64,000 nt of DNA from an uncultured Methanosarcinales archaeon (GTDB taxonomy: Archaea; Nanobdellota; Nanobdellia; Woesearchaeales; CAXGTL01), in the NCBI GenBank assembly GCA_964645705.1, contig CAZYAB010000001.1:16749-80748 (forward strand). Direction: 5' to 3'. Position 1 is the first letter of the stretch; each line of letters starts with the position of its first letter. Below the pieces are notes generated by a model. That model searched no databases. It was not told the DNA's origin and saw only the letters and a program-made list of their open reading frames with translations. Positions 55,171-64,000 of this stretch are shown here, one piece after another. A program made the translations under genes and the position numbers.

Positions 55171-56673
55171 ATTTTTTGATCCTTTTTAAAGATTGTGAAG
55201 TTAATAATAATAATCTAGTTGTTAGTTTGTTATCAAAGGTTGTTAGAAACAAATCACAACTTAAAATTTTAAATATAATTAAAACAATTTGTTTTGGTAA
55301 TTTTTTATTTAAATTATAAATAAAATATAAAAGGAATGTTGCATAATTATTTTCAACCCATCTATTACTTGACCAGGTTTTCAAATAAACATCTTTGATA
55401 TCATTTCTTATTAAACCATTGTTTTTTCCACGTTCATATAATTTTGTTCCTGGATATAATACTAGAGGGAAATAAATTATTTGAAAAGGTTTTGGCAATT
55501 TAAGTATGAGGTCTATTGTTTCAATAATATTTTTATTTTTTTCAAAGGGATTATTAACAATAATATGATATATTGGAGGTATTTGAAGATATTTTGTGAA
55601 TGAATTAATAATCTCGGCTGCTTCTAATATTTTTTTATTACTTGTGTATCTTTCATAAATTTTAAAATTAGTAGATTCACTTCCACTTTGAATTCCCATA
55701 CTTACTTCAATAAGACCCGTTTCTATTAATATTTTGAGCTTTTCTTTGTTTATAATTAGAGGACTTATAGATGCTTTGAATGGCAATCCTATTTTCTTTT
55801 TATATTCACTGCTAAATTTCTTAAGATCGTCTATACTACGTATTAAGAATTCCTCATCAGTAAAACGTATTAATCTTATAAAATCATATTGTTTAGTAAT
55901 GTTAACTAATTCATCAATAATGTGCTTTATACTTCTTTTTCTTATATATGTCCCCTTGTTTTTGTATAATTGTCTTAGTTTAAAATTACAACAAAAAGTG
56001 CATTTATAAGGACAACCTCTTGTTGTATGGATGTAATATTCGTATATTCTTTTTCCATTAGAATCAACTCTATAGGGCATTATCTTTTTTAATATTTTGG
56101 GAGTTACTTTTACTATTCTTCCTTCATCAATAACATAATGTGTTTTTATATCATAATCTTGCGTCGGATACTTATCAAGATTACTTGTTAAGTTTTTTAT
56201 AGGGTTTATGATAATTTTGTTATTTTTCTTAAAACCTAAATTATTAATTTTATGTAACCTTTCCTTTTTTTCTAATTTATTTATAAAATCAAGAAGAGAC
56301 TCCTCACATTCACCGATCATAATATAATCAGCATATTTTAAACACTCTTCTGGCCTCATTGTCGGATGACTCCCCCCCACATGATTGGGATCTTTAAATG
56401 ATGTTTTAAATACTGGGTGATCTGTACACTCTTCATGAAATAGTTAGTCATAAGAGAAATACCAATTAATTTTGAATCTTTACATATTTGCATTAGATCT
56501 TTAAGAATATTTTTATTATATTTTTCATCATAGTTTTGTTTATATGTACCAGGAGACAAAAATACTAAGTTAACTTTGTGCCCTTTTGATTTTAAATAAG
56601 AAGATAATTTTCTTAATCCATATGCTACGTTTAAATCATATGGAGATATTAGAGTTATTTTTATTTTAAACAC
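55163..56673 (-). pseudogene. B12-binding radical SAM gene split by a frameshift in a C7/G7 homopolymer (56372-56378)
   Basis: Upstream ORF (56356..56673) encodes the B12-binding N-domain ending …IPIMWGGVIRQ*. Downstream ORF (55163..56380) starts (GTG)GGSHPTM… and contains CPYKCTFC (CxxxCxxC). One extra G would give a continuous …IMWGGGSHPTMRPEE with the GGxHxT box. Confidence 0.65.
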
Positions 56674-56814
56674 CTTTTTTATTTATTATCTTTTTAAATA
56701 GGAAATTCACATTTTATAAGCTTTTGTATACTTAAAGATAATAGTTTTATTAATAGGTAATAATTAACTATAATATAATAATATTTATATAATGATGTTT
56801 ATTCCCAGATACTC

Positions 56815-57771
56815 ATGGCTAAAAATAGAGTTAAGGAAAAACAAAATAAAAGTGAGAAAAAAAAGAATAAAAGTAGATCATTTATAGTAAAGTTTATTAT
56901 AACAATTCTTATCTTCACATTTATCTTTATGAAGATAGATTTTCACAAAATTTTAAGTATTATAAAAAATATAAATTTGTTTATTTTATTTCTCTCTGCG
57001 CCATTTTTATTTCTTTTTTATGGAATTAAAACCACAAAATGGAATTTATTACTTAGAGCATTAGATGAGAAAACAGATTTTATTAAAAATTATGTAATTA
57101 TAATAATTTCAACTTTTTATTGTTTAGTAACTCCTGGTAAAGCTGGTGAATTAACAAGAGCTTTGTACTTGAAAGCAGATAAAGCAAAGATTGTTTCAAC
57201 TGTTATTTGGGATAAAATAATTGATGTATTTGTATTAATTGTACTATCAGATATATTGGTTTTTACACTTTTTAGAAATATAATCTTACAATTCTTAATG
57301 CTTATAATTTCTTTTGGATTTATTGTATTTGTTTTTATACTGTTTAATGAAAAAATAACACATTTTGTATTAAAATTAATAAAAATAAAAGAGGATACAA
57401 TATCTAATTATATCATTAATTTGAACAAAATTAAAAAAAATAAGAAAATTGTTATTAAGAATACAATTTATACTTTTCTCTTCTACACTGTTGGGTTTAT
57501 TATCACCTATTTTGTGTTAATTTCATTGCAAAAAAACGCAAGTTATATTTTCTCTTTAAGTTATCCATTATTTGCACTCTTAGGGAACATTCCTATAACT
57601 TTGTCAGGGTTAGGAACAAGGGAATATGTAAACATGGTTTGTTTTGAAACATTGGGATCTAGTCCAGATTTAGGTTTCACAGTTTCATTTGTCTTTTTTA
57701 TAATATCTGTATTAATTCCAGGAATTTTGGGAGGGATTTTAAGTCTTAAGGCTAAAATAAGAATAAAATAA
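56815..57771 (+). CDS. polytopic membrane protein, UPF0104/LPG-synthase-TM-like (putative flippase partner of GT2)
   Basis: About 8 TM helices, a K-rich N-terminus, and a GKAGELTRAL loop. Immediately upstream of a DPM-like GT2. Confidence 0.4.
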   Translation: MAKNRVKEKQNKSEKKKNKSRSFIVKFIITILIFTFIFMKIDFHKILSIIKNINLFILFLSAPFLFLFYGIKTTKWNLLLRALDEKTDFIKNYVIIIISTFYCLVTPGKAGELTRALYLKADKAKIVSTVIWDKIIDVFVLIVLSDILVFTLFRNIILQFLMLIISFGFIVFVFILFNEKITHFVLKLIKIKEDTISNYIINLNKIKKNKKIVIKNTIYTFLFYTVGFIITYFVLISLQKNASYIFSLSYPLFALLGNIPITLSGLGTREYVNMVCFETLGSSPDLGFTVSFVFFIISVLIPGILGGILSLKAKIRIK

Positions 57772-57778
57772 AAATAAA

Positions 57779-58639
57779 ATGAATAAAGTATCAGTATTAA
57801 TACCAGCATATAATGAAGAAAAATCAATAGTAGATACTATTAAAAGGATAAAAAAAGTATTTCTTGAAATTAAAGAAAGTTATGAAATCATTGTAATAAA
57901 TGATGGAAGCAAAGACAATACTAATTATTTATTGAGTAAGATTAAAGGAATCAAAGTAATAAATAATCCTTATAATTTAGGATATGGAGCTTCATTAAAA
58001 AGAGGTTTAATTGAATCAAATGGGGAATTTATATTAATTACTGATGCAGATGGGACTTATCCTATAGATGATATACCAAGATTATTGAAACACATAAATA
58101 ATTATGATATGGTTATTGGTGCAAGAATAGGGAAAAATACATATATTCCTTTATTAAGAAGACCTGCGAAGAAAATATTAGGTATTTTTGCAAACCTTTT
58201 GACTAAGAGAAAAATTTATGATTTAAATTCAGGGTTAAGAGTCTTTAGAAAAGATATGGCGATGAAATTCTATAGACTATATCCTTCTGGGTTTTCTTTT
58301 ACAACAACAATTACTTTAGCAGCATTAACTAATGATTATACTGTTAAGCATATTTCCATTAATTATTTTAAAAGAAAAGGTAAATCAACTATTCACCCTA
58401 TAAAGGATTTTATTGGATTCAATGCATTAATACTCAGGATTGTTTTATATTTTAAACCACTTAAATTTTTTTTAACACCAGGGATAATCTTAATCTTATC
58501 TGGTTTTATTTTCGGTTTGTATCAGATTATGTCAACTGGGATGGGTTTAGGTCAACTTCCAATAATATTAATTTTAGGAGGAATTCAAATTTGTTTTATT
58601 GGTTTATTAGCTGAAGTTATTATACATAAGGATAAATAA
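57779..58639 (+). CDS. dolichyl-phosphate sugar synthase-like GT2 with C-terminal TM helices
   Basis: VSVLIPAYNEEKSI, VINDGSKDNT, ITDADGTY, plus two C-terminal TM helices. Confidence 0.75.
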   Translation: MNKVSVLIPAYNEEKSIVDTIKRIKKVFLEIKESYEIIVINDGSKDNTNYLLSKIKGIKVINNPYNLGYGASLKRGLIESNGEFILITDADGTYPIDDIPRLLKHINNYDMVIGARIGKNTYIPLLRRPAKKILGIFANLLTKRKIYDLNSGLRVFRKDMAMKFYRLYPSGFSFTTTITLAALTNDYTVKHISINYFKRKGKSTIHPIKDFIGFNALILRIVLYFKPLKFFLTPGIILILSGFIFGLYQIMSTGMGLGQLPIILILGGIQICFIGLLAEVIIHKDK

Positions 58640-58697
58640 AAAAACAAGTAAATAAAAAATAAAAAGTAAAAAATAAAAAATTTATATAAATAAAAAT

Positions 58698-59342
58698 ATG
58701 GATTTAGATAAAGCTATAAAAGGAAGAAGAAGTATAAGAAAATTTTCTGATAAAAAAGTAGATGAAAAAACAATAAAATTGATTATTGAAGCAGGAATTT
58801 GGGCACCAAGCGCATGTAATTTTCAGGATTGGAAATTTATTGTGTTGGACAATAAAAAGTTAATTAACAAAATTATAGATTTAGGAGGATCAGTTGTGAT
58901 TGGTAATGCTCCTGTAGGAATCTTGGTTCTTTACAATAACCAAACTGATAATTTAGAGTATTTAGACTATATACAGAGTGCTTCTGCATGTATCCAAAAT
59001 ATGTTACTTAAAATTTATTCATTAAGATTAGGTGGTTGTTGGTTGTGTCATTTACCTGATAAAAAAGATCTTAGGAAATTATTAAAAATTCCTAATCATT
59101 ATGATCCTATTGCTTATATCGCTTTAGGTTATCCTCTGGTCCAACCTAAACCAAATAAAAGAAAGGCCCCTTTACAGGAATTAATCTTTTATAATAGGTT
59201 TAATTTTATAACAAAAAAAAAGGATAATTTAAGATTAATATTTAGAAGAATGTTGCGCAGATTATATTTCAAAATACCTTTATCAATAAAAAAAATTTTA
59301 AGATCATATATTGAGAAAAAACATGTAAAAAAATTTAATTAA
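58698..59342 (+). CDS. nitroreductase family protein
   Basis: RRSIRKFSDKKVDEKTIKLIIEAGIWAPSACNFQDWKFIV is the canonical nitroreductase N-terminal signature. Confidence 0.75.
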   Translation: MDLDKAIKGRRSIRKFSDKKVDEKTIKLIIEAGIWAPSACNFQDWKFIVLDNKKLINKIIDLGGSVVIGNAPVGILVLYNNQTDNLEYLDYIQSASACIQNMLLKIYSLRLGGCWLCHLPDKKDLRKLLKIPNHYDPIAYIALGYPLVQPKPNKRKAPLQELIFYNRFNFITKKKDNLRLIFRRMLRRLYFKIPLSIKKILRSYIEKKHVKKFN

Positions 59343-59344
59343 AA

Positions 59345-60136
59345 ATGTCGGCAACTTTATTTAGAAAATTTAAAAAGGAAATTAATTATGTAACTAGAAA
59401 GGATTGGAATTTTGAAGATGTGGGGAAATTTTGGAATACTGTTAAAGATTATGATGAGATAGATGATGAAACATATGCATACAAAAGGAGATTTTATGAT
59501 AGTATGAGGATGTTTGATAGTATAAGAATGTCAAATCTTCCTAAAAAAGGTAGGTGTTTAGATATAGATTGTAGAACTGGAAATGGGACTGTTTTTTATA
59601 GTAAAAACAAAAAAATAAACAAAGCAGTTTGTATTACTCCTTCTTCAGATTTTCTTAATGTTTGCAAAAAGAGATTAAAGAAATATAATATTAAAGCAAA
59701 AGTAATGCTTTTAAGAGAACTTCCTTTAAAATTAAAATCAAATTATTTTGATCTTATACTTTGTTTAGAAACAATTGAACACATTTCACCTAAAAGGCGT
59801 TTAGATTTTTTAAAAGAATTAAATAGATTAATAAAAGATAGAGGAAAAATGGTTCTAAGTATGCCTAATATTTTATGGGAACCAGTTCATTGGGGTGTTG
59901 CAATTTTTGGAATCCACCATAGCGAGGGACCACATAAGTTTTTATCAAGAAGAGAGATAAAAAGATTATTTGAACAATCAAATTTCAAGATAATCAAACA
60001 GGAAACAACAGTTTTAATTCCTGTTGGATCTAAATGGTTAACATCGTTTGGTGAAATTCTAGAAAAGTCTTTTAAAAACACATTGATGCCTTTGATTGGA
60101 TTAAGAAGGATATATATTTGTGAAAAAATTAAGTAA
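59345..60136 (+). CDS. putative SAM-dependent methyltransferase
   Basis: GRCLDIDCRTGNG is a degenerate motif I. DLILCLETIEHI and MVLSMPN motifs follow. Confidence 0.5.
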   Translation: MSATLFRKFKKEINYVTRKDWNFEDVGKFWNTVKDYDEIDDETYAYKRRFYDSMRMFDSIRMSNLPKKGRCLDIDCRTGNGTVFYSKNKKINKAVCITPSSDFLNVCKKRLKKYNIKAKVMLLRELPLKLKSNYFDLILCLETIEHISPKRRLDFLKELNRLIKDRGKMVLSMPNILWEPVHWGVAIFGIHHSEGPHKFLSRREIKRLFEQSNFKIIKQETTVLIPVGSKWLTSFGEILEKSFKNTLMPLIGLRRIYICEKIK

Positions 60137-60195
60137 GTTCATTTTCTTTTTTAGTTAAGACACTTATTATTGATTCTTATTTTAATTAACAATTT

Positions 60196-61677
60196 TTATT
60201 CTAATTTATATATCCTTAGGAGATAAGGTTCATTTGCTTCGTATAATATAGAATGTTTATATTTATTTAGTATTTTATTTTCAAATTCAGAAAAATCTTT
60301 ACTAACATATGAATCATCTGGTTTGTGATTAGCAAATAGTCCATAGTCTGGTTTTCCTGCTAATTCAAGATAATCAATCCATGTAGGCTCATTATAATTA
60401 ATAAATTTTTTATTCCCTAAGTATTCATTAAAATAAATAAGATTAAAACCATCACCTATAACTATGGTATCTTCTTCTATTCTTTTGTGTATATTGCTTG
60501 CAACTCCATATAAATTATTAGTATAATCATTTTGGATTTTTGATAAACAAATAGTAGAAAAACAGAGAATTATTATTATAATCAACATTAGTACCTTATA
60601 ATTTAATTTGAATCTTTTTATTATTTTTTCAATCAACGAGGAATAAGGAATTATTAAAAATGGAACTAAGGGAAACAAATATCTTGCTCCTATTAATAAA
60701 TTTCTTATAAAATCATAATGGAATATTTTTGGGTTAAGATAACTAAAAGCAGGAAACAAAAGAGCTACCAATATTATTATTTCTAATTTTAATTTCTTTT
60801 TATATGTTATTGGGGAAATTAGCAATCCAGGATAGACAATAAGAAATATTATTATGTAATAAATAAATGTTTTACTAATTTGAACAATTCCTCTATTTAA
60901 ATTAATCATATTTCCATAACCAGTACTAAATAAATTACCATATATGAAAAAATTAAGTAGAAAGATGATTATTGCTATAGGAACAAAACCTAATATTAAA
61001 TTATAAAATCTTTTTCTATTTTTAAAAAGAGAAACAATTAAAAAGGGGCCAAAAAATAAAACATTTGTATATCTTATCATGCAAGAAATACTAAAAAAAA
61101 TCCCAGAATAAATACTATTCTTTTCTATTCCAATAATATTCTTTTTTTCATATCCTTGTTTATTTTTGTTCTCATTTGCTAAAATATAGTAATATAATCC
61201 TAATAAAATAAAAGTAATTGATGATACTTCAGTCATTATAGTCCTACTGTAAAATACTAATCCAGGATAAAATAAGTAAAGTATTGAATAGATGGGTTTA
61301 ATTTTTAGTTTAACCAATACTTTTGCAATTACTAGAACATTAATTAAGTGGAAAACTAAACCAAATAAAAAAATAGATTTCAAACCTAAAAAAATAAATG
61401 GGAATAATAAAAGATTTTGTCCAATTGGATAATATGGTGCAAAATTTTCATCTATTTTAACATATTTATAAGACATCAATGGATCATCTATAAATAATTT
61501 ACCTTTAGATAAAAGATAGGTAGTTCTAAAATATTCATTTTCATCAGAATATGTGAAATATTTTGGATAAAAAATTAAATAAAGTATTATAAAGAATATA
61601 ACACTAATTAATATTATATTTATATTGAATTTCGCAATATTCTTCTTAATTTTTCTACTTTTGATATTGTTTTTCAT
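60196..61677 (-). CDS. polytopic membrane protein, probable GT-C glycosyltransferase
   Basis: More than 11 TM helices. First loop has YSDENEY and YYPIGQ (DE and PPL-like). Confidence 0.45.
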   Translation of the reverse strand: MKNNIKSRKIKKNIAKFNINIILISVIFFIILYLIFYPKYFTYSDENEYFRTTYLLSKGKLFIDDPLMSYKYVKIDENFAPYYPIGQNLLLFPFIFLGLKSIFLFGLVFHLINVLVIAKVLVKLKIKPIYSILYLFYPGLVFYSRTIMTEVSSITFILLGLYYYILANENKNKQGYEKKNIIGIEKNSIYSGIFFSISCMIRYTNVLFFGPFLIVSLFKNRKRFYNLILGFVPIAIIIFLLNFFIYGNLFSTGYGNMINLNRGIVQISKTFIYYIIIFLIVYPGLLISPITYKKKLKLEIIILVALLFPAFSYLNPKIFHYDFIRNLLIGARYLFPLVPFLIIPYSSLIEKIIKRFKLNYKVLMLIIIIILCFSTICLSKIQNDYTNNLYGVASNIHKRIEEDTIVIGDGFNLIYFNEYLGNKKFINYNEPTWIDYLELAGKPDYGLFANHKPDDSYVSKDFSEFENKILNKYKHSILYEANEPYLLRIYKLE

Positions 61678-61822
61678 ATTAACTTCTTAATTATGTAGTT
61701 TACATAATATAATTTGAATAATATATTTTATATAAAGGGTCTCTAAATATTTTAACTCAAATTAATATTTTTTTACTGGTTAAACAGTTAACTATTTAAA
61801 TTATTTGTATTTTTACATTTAA

Positions 61823-63541
61823 ATGAAATTTATTAATAAGAAAAAAGATTTAATAGTATTGTTTTTATTCTTATTTGTAATTGTAACTAGATTTATTCCA
61901 ATAAATAATCTATATAGTGAGGATGAAATGAACATACCATTGATTCTTGAAAGTAATCCTGATTATTTTGTAAATACTAAGTTACACGCACATCCACCGT
62001 TAGGAGAAATAATCTTTTATTTTCATTCATACATCTTTGGTACATCTTTGGTGTTTATAAGACTTTTACCAATTTTATTTTCTATTTTTAATATATTTTT
62101 TCTATATTACATAACGAAGAAGTTTTATGGTGAAAAAGTTGCATTCTTTTCATTATTATTGTCCTCAATTTCATTTCATTGGTTAGTTACATCTGCCATA
62201 GTTTCTATAGATCAATTCGCAGTAACAATTTTCTTACTTTTTTTATATCTAATATTAAATAAAGAAAACATAAAAGAGAGATTTTCTATTTATATGGGAA
62301 TATTGTTGGGTATATCTATTTTATTAAAATACCAGTTTATTATTTTATACTTGATCTTATTCATATATTTGTTAATAACTTCATATAGATTAAAATATAC
62401 ACTTATTTCCTTTTTTAAATCTTGTATTGTTTCTTTAATACTTTTTTCTTTTTATCCTGTTTTTTCATATTTCACTGATTTTAATTTATTTTTAGATACA
62501 TTAAGATTCATAATGGATTATGCAAGCACTGTTAATGGTGTTAATTTGCCATTCGGGACAATATTTACCATCTTAGCATTGTATAGTACACCATTACTGA
62601 TAGGATTAGCTTTTTTAAGATTAATAAGTTTTATGAAACTAAAAAAACAAAAACAGAATTTTAGACAAAAAGAGGTTGTAGGACAAGATATTATTCACAT
62701 TATAATTATAATAATAAATCTCTTATTTTTCTTATTTGTAGTAAAACGTGGGGACTATAGCAGGTATTTAATGATAATATTGCCTTCTTTAACTATTCTT
62801 TCATCTCAATATCTTTCTAAAATAAAATTTAATAAAGCTTTATTATTTTTAACTTCTTTCTTTGCTCTCATTGTCTTTTCATTTAGTCATGTTTTTTCTT
62901 ATATTAAACTCTCCGAGGATATTTTTGTTTTACAAAATGTTAATTTTTATATGCAATCTATAAAAAATCTAAATTTCAATTTCTTTTTTCCATTTCATAT
63001 AGATCATGGCCACTGGGTTGGAGCTAATTTTCTATTAATCTTTTTAATTTATTTGTTTTCTTTGGTAATCTTCATTTCTTTATTTTTAATTAAAAATAAA
63101 AAATTACAATTGTTAGTTATTGTTTTATTTATTGGTTTTGGTTTTGGTTATAATTCTTATCTTAGTTCAGAGCATTTGTTTCATCTATCTCAACCTGACC
63201 CAAACCCTGTTATAAATGAAATGATTGATTTTTTTAATGATAATAATTTGGATAGGCCTATTTATGTAACAGACAAGGCTTTCTTATATAAACTGAATAC
63301 TTTTGATATTCCTCATGGGAAAAATGAGAAATTAATTATAAGGGATGAGTCATTTAGAATAGATGATATTGATTTTCTTAAAAAAAAGATTTCTCAAAAT
63401 GGTGGCACAATAATTTTCTTAAACTTTGGACCACACGTTGAAAAGGATAAAATAATTAGCCTGGAAAATTGTAATTTGATCAAACGTTTCAGTTCAAAAG
63501 AGATAGAAATGGGCTATATTTTAACTTGTGAATCAGATTAA
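61823..63541 (+). CDS. GT-C glycosyltransferase (PMT/ArnT-like, GT39/GT83-type)
   Basis: First loop has YSEDEMN and HAHPPLGE (DE and HPPL boxes). About 12 TM helices, then a ~150-aa C-terminal soluble domain. Confidence 0.55.
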   Translation: MKFINKKKDLIVLFLFLFVIVTRFIPINNLYSEDEMNIPLILESNPDYFVNTKLHAHPPLGEIIFYFHSYIFGTSLVFIRLLPILFSIFNIFFLYYITKKFYGEKVAFFSLLLSSISFHWLVTSAIVSIDQFAVTIFLLFLYLILNKENIKERFSIYMGILLGISILLKYQFIILYLILFIYLLITSYRLKYTLISFFKSCIVSLILFSFYPVFSYFTDFNLFLDTLRFIMDYASTVNGVNLPFGTIFTILALYSTPLLIGLAFLRLISFMKLKKQKQNFRQKEVVGQDIIHIIIIIINLLFFLFVVKRGDYSRYLMIILPSLTILSSQYLSKIKFNKALLFLTSFFALIVFSFSHVFSYIKLSEDIFVLQNVNFYMQSIKNLNFNFFFPFHIDHGHWVGANFLLIFLIYLFSLVIFISLFLIKNKKLQLLVIVLFIGFGFGYNSYLSSEHLFHLSQPDPNPVINEMIDFFNDNNLDRPIYVTDKAFLYKLNTFDIPHGKNEKLIIRDESFRIDDIDFLKKKISQNGGTIIFLNFGPHVEKDKIISLENCNLIKRFSSKEIEMGYILTCESD

Positions 63542-63579
63542 AGTAATTGTTTAATCCAAATTAATTTTTTAATCCATAT

Positions 63580-63984
63580 TCAATCCACTATTCTATACTC
63601 ATTGAATTTATTCTTTACTTTCTTCCATTCATTCATAGAGCCTTTATTTAAGAAGTGTTTTGCAAATAATTTCCCCATATCCATACAATGATCTATATTA
63701 TTGTAATTGAATAATCCAAACCGCCCTAAGGTTATAATTCCTTTATTTTCTATAAAGTTGATAATTTGATTTAAATTTGCTTTATAATCTAGATCATATA
63801 TTGGGTAAATTCCTTTTAATTTAATAAAATGCTTTTTTATGATTAAATTTGCATCAGTTTTAGAGATTATTTTTGCTTTAATAAGATCTTTTATTGCGAT
63901 TTCGATTATATCATGTTCATTTAATCCATTAATTTTAGGATTAGTTATTTCAAGACAAAGTACTGTTTTATTTTTAGGGATCAT
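63580..63984 (-). CDS. short ORF resembling the C-terminal region of UGM-like FAD oxidoreductases (possible gene remnant)
   Basis: GRFGLFNYNNIDHCMDMG matches the GRxGxYxYxNMD box. Only 134 aa, with in-frame stops (TAA, TAG) immediately upstream of the ATG. The full-length paralog is at 28815..30140. Confidence 0.4.
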   Translation of the reverse strand: MIPKNKTVLCLEITNPKINGLNEHDIIEIAIKDLIKAKIISKTDANLIIKKHFIKLKGIYPIYDLDYKANLNQIINFIENKGIITLGRFGLFNYNNIDHCMDMGKLFAKHFLNKGSMNEWKKVKNKFNEYRIVD

Positions 63985-64000
63985 ATATTTACTAAAACCT

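Noticed and set aside
1-64000. Mobile elements or defence islands (transposase, integrase, restriction or toxin genes)
   Set aside because: No recognisable transposase or integrase motifs, terminal inverted repeats or R-M/TA signatures were seen. The island is rich in glycosylation enzymes instead.

Overview
This is a very AT-rich, gene-dense contig that looks archaeal. It carries an AglB/STT3 oligosaccharyltransferase with the WWDYGYW motif, archaeal NAC-alpha, aMBF1, a geranylgeranyl reductase, and Shine-Dalgarno-like GGAGG leaders. The window falls into three blocks.

(1) 1-6.9 kb holds mixed and housekeeping genes (GT2 enzymes, MBF1, NAC). It also holds a GC-rich island that I read as an intron-containing tRNA-His gene.

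(2) 6.9-22.6 kb is one same-strand block of six genes for large, low-complexity surface or secreted proteins. These are a membrane-anchored coiled-coil protein with 33-nt tandem repeats, an orphan P-loop protein, two secreted proteins with a common acidic C-terminal motif, a 1275-aa PKD-domain protein with an internal duplication, a C-terminally anchored secreted protein, and a 983-aa multi-pass protein with alternating K-rich and D/E-rich segments. Three of these genes share a near-identical 5' leader (TGTGGAGGG-ATAT-ATG).

(3) 22.6-64 kb is a ~40 kb N-glycosylation and surface-glycan island. It contains AglB, at least five further GT-C-type polytopic membrane proteins (one fused to a cyclophilin PPIase), multiple GT2/GT4 transferases, a CDP-glucose pathway (rfbF, rfbG, epimerase), a Wzx-like flippase, a nucleotidyltransferase plus CDP-alcohol phosphatidyltransferase pair, AsnB, and four to five SAM methyltransferases. 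It also has two B12-binding radical SAM genes (one broken at a C7 homopolymer), a nitroreductase, and UDP-galactopyranose-mutase-like FAD proteins.

No transposases, integrases or CRISPR arrays are visible. All calls rest on motif recognition by eye. No searches were run.
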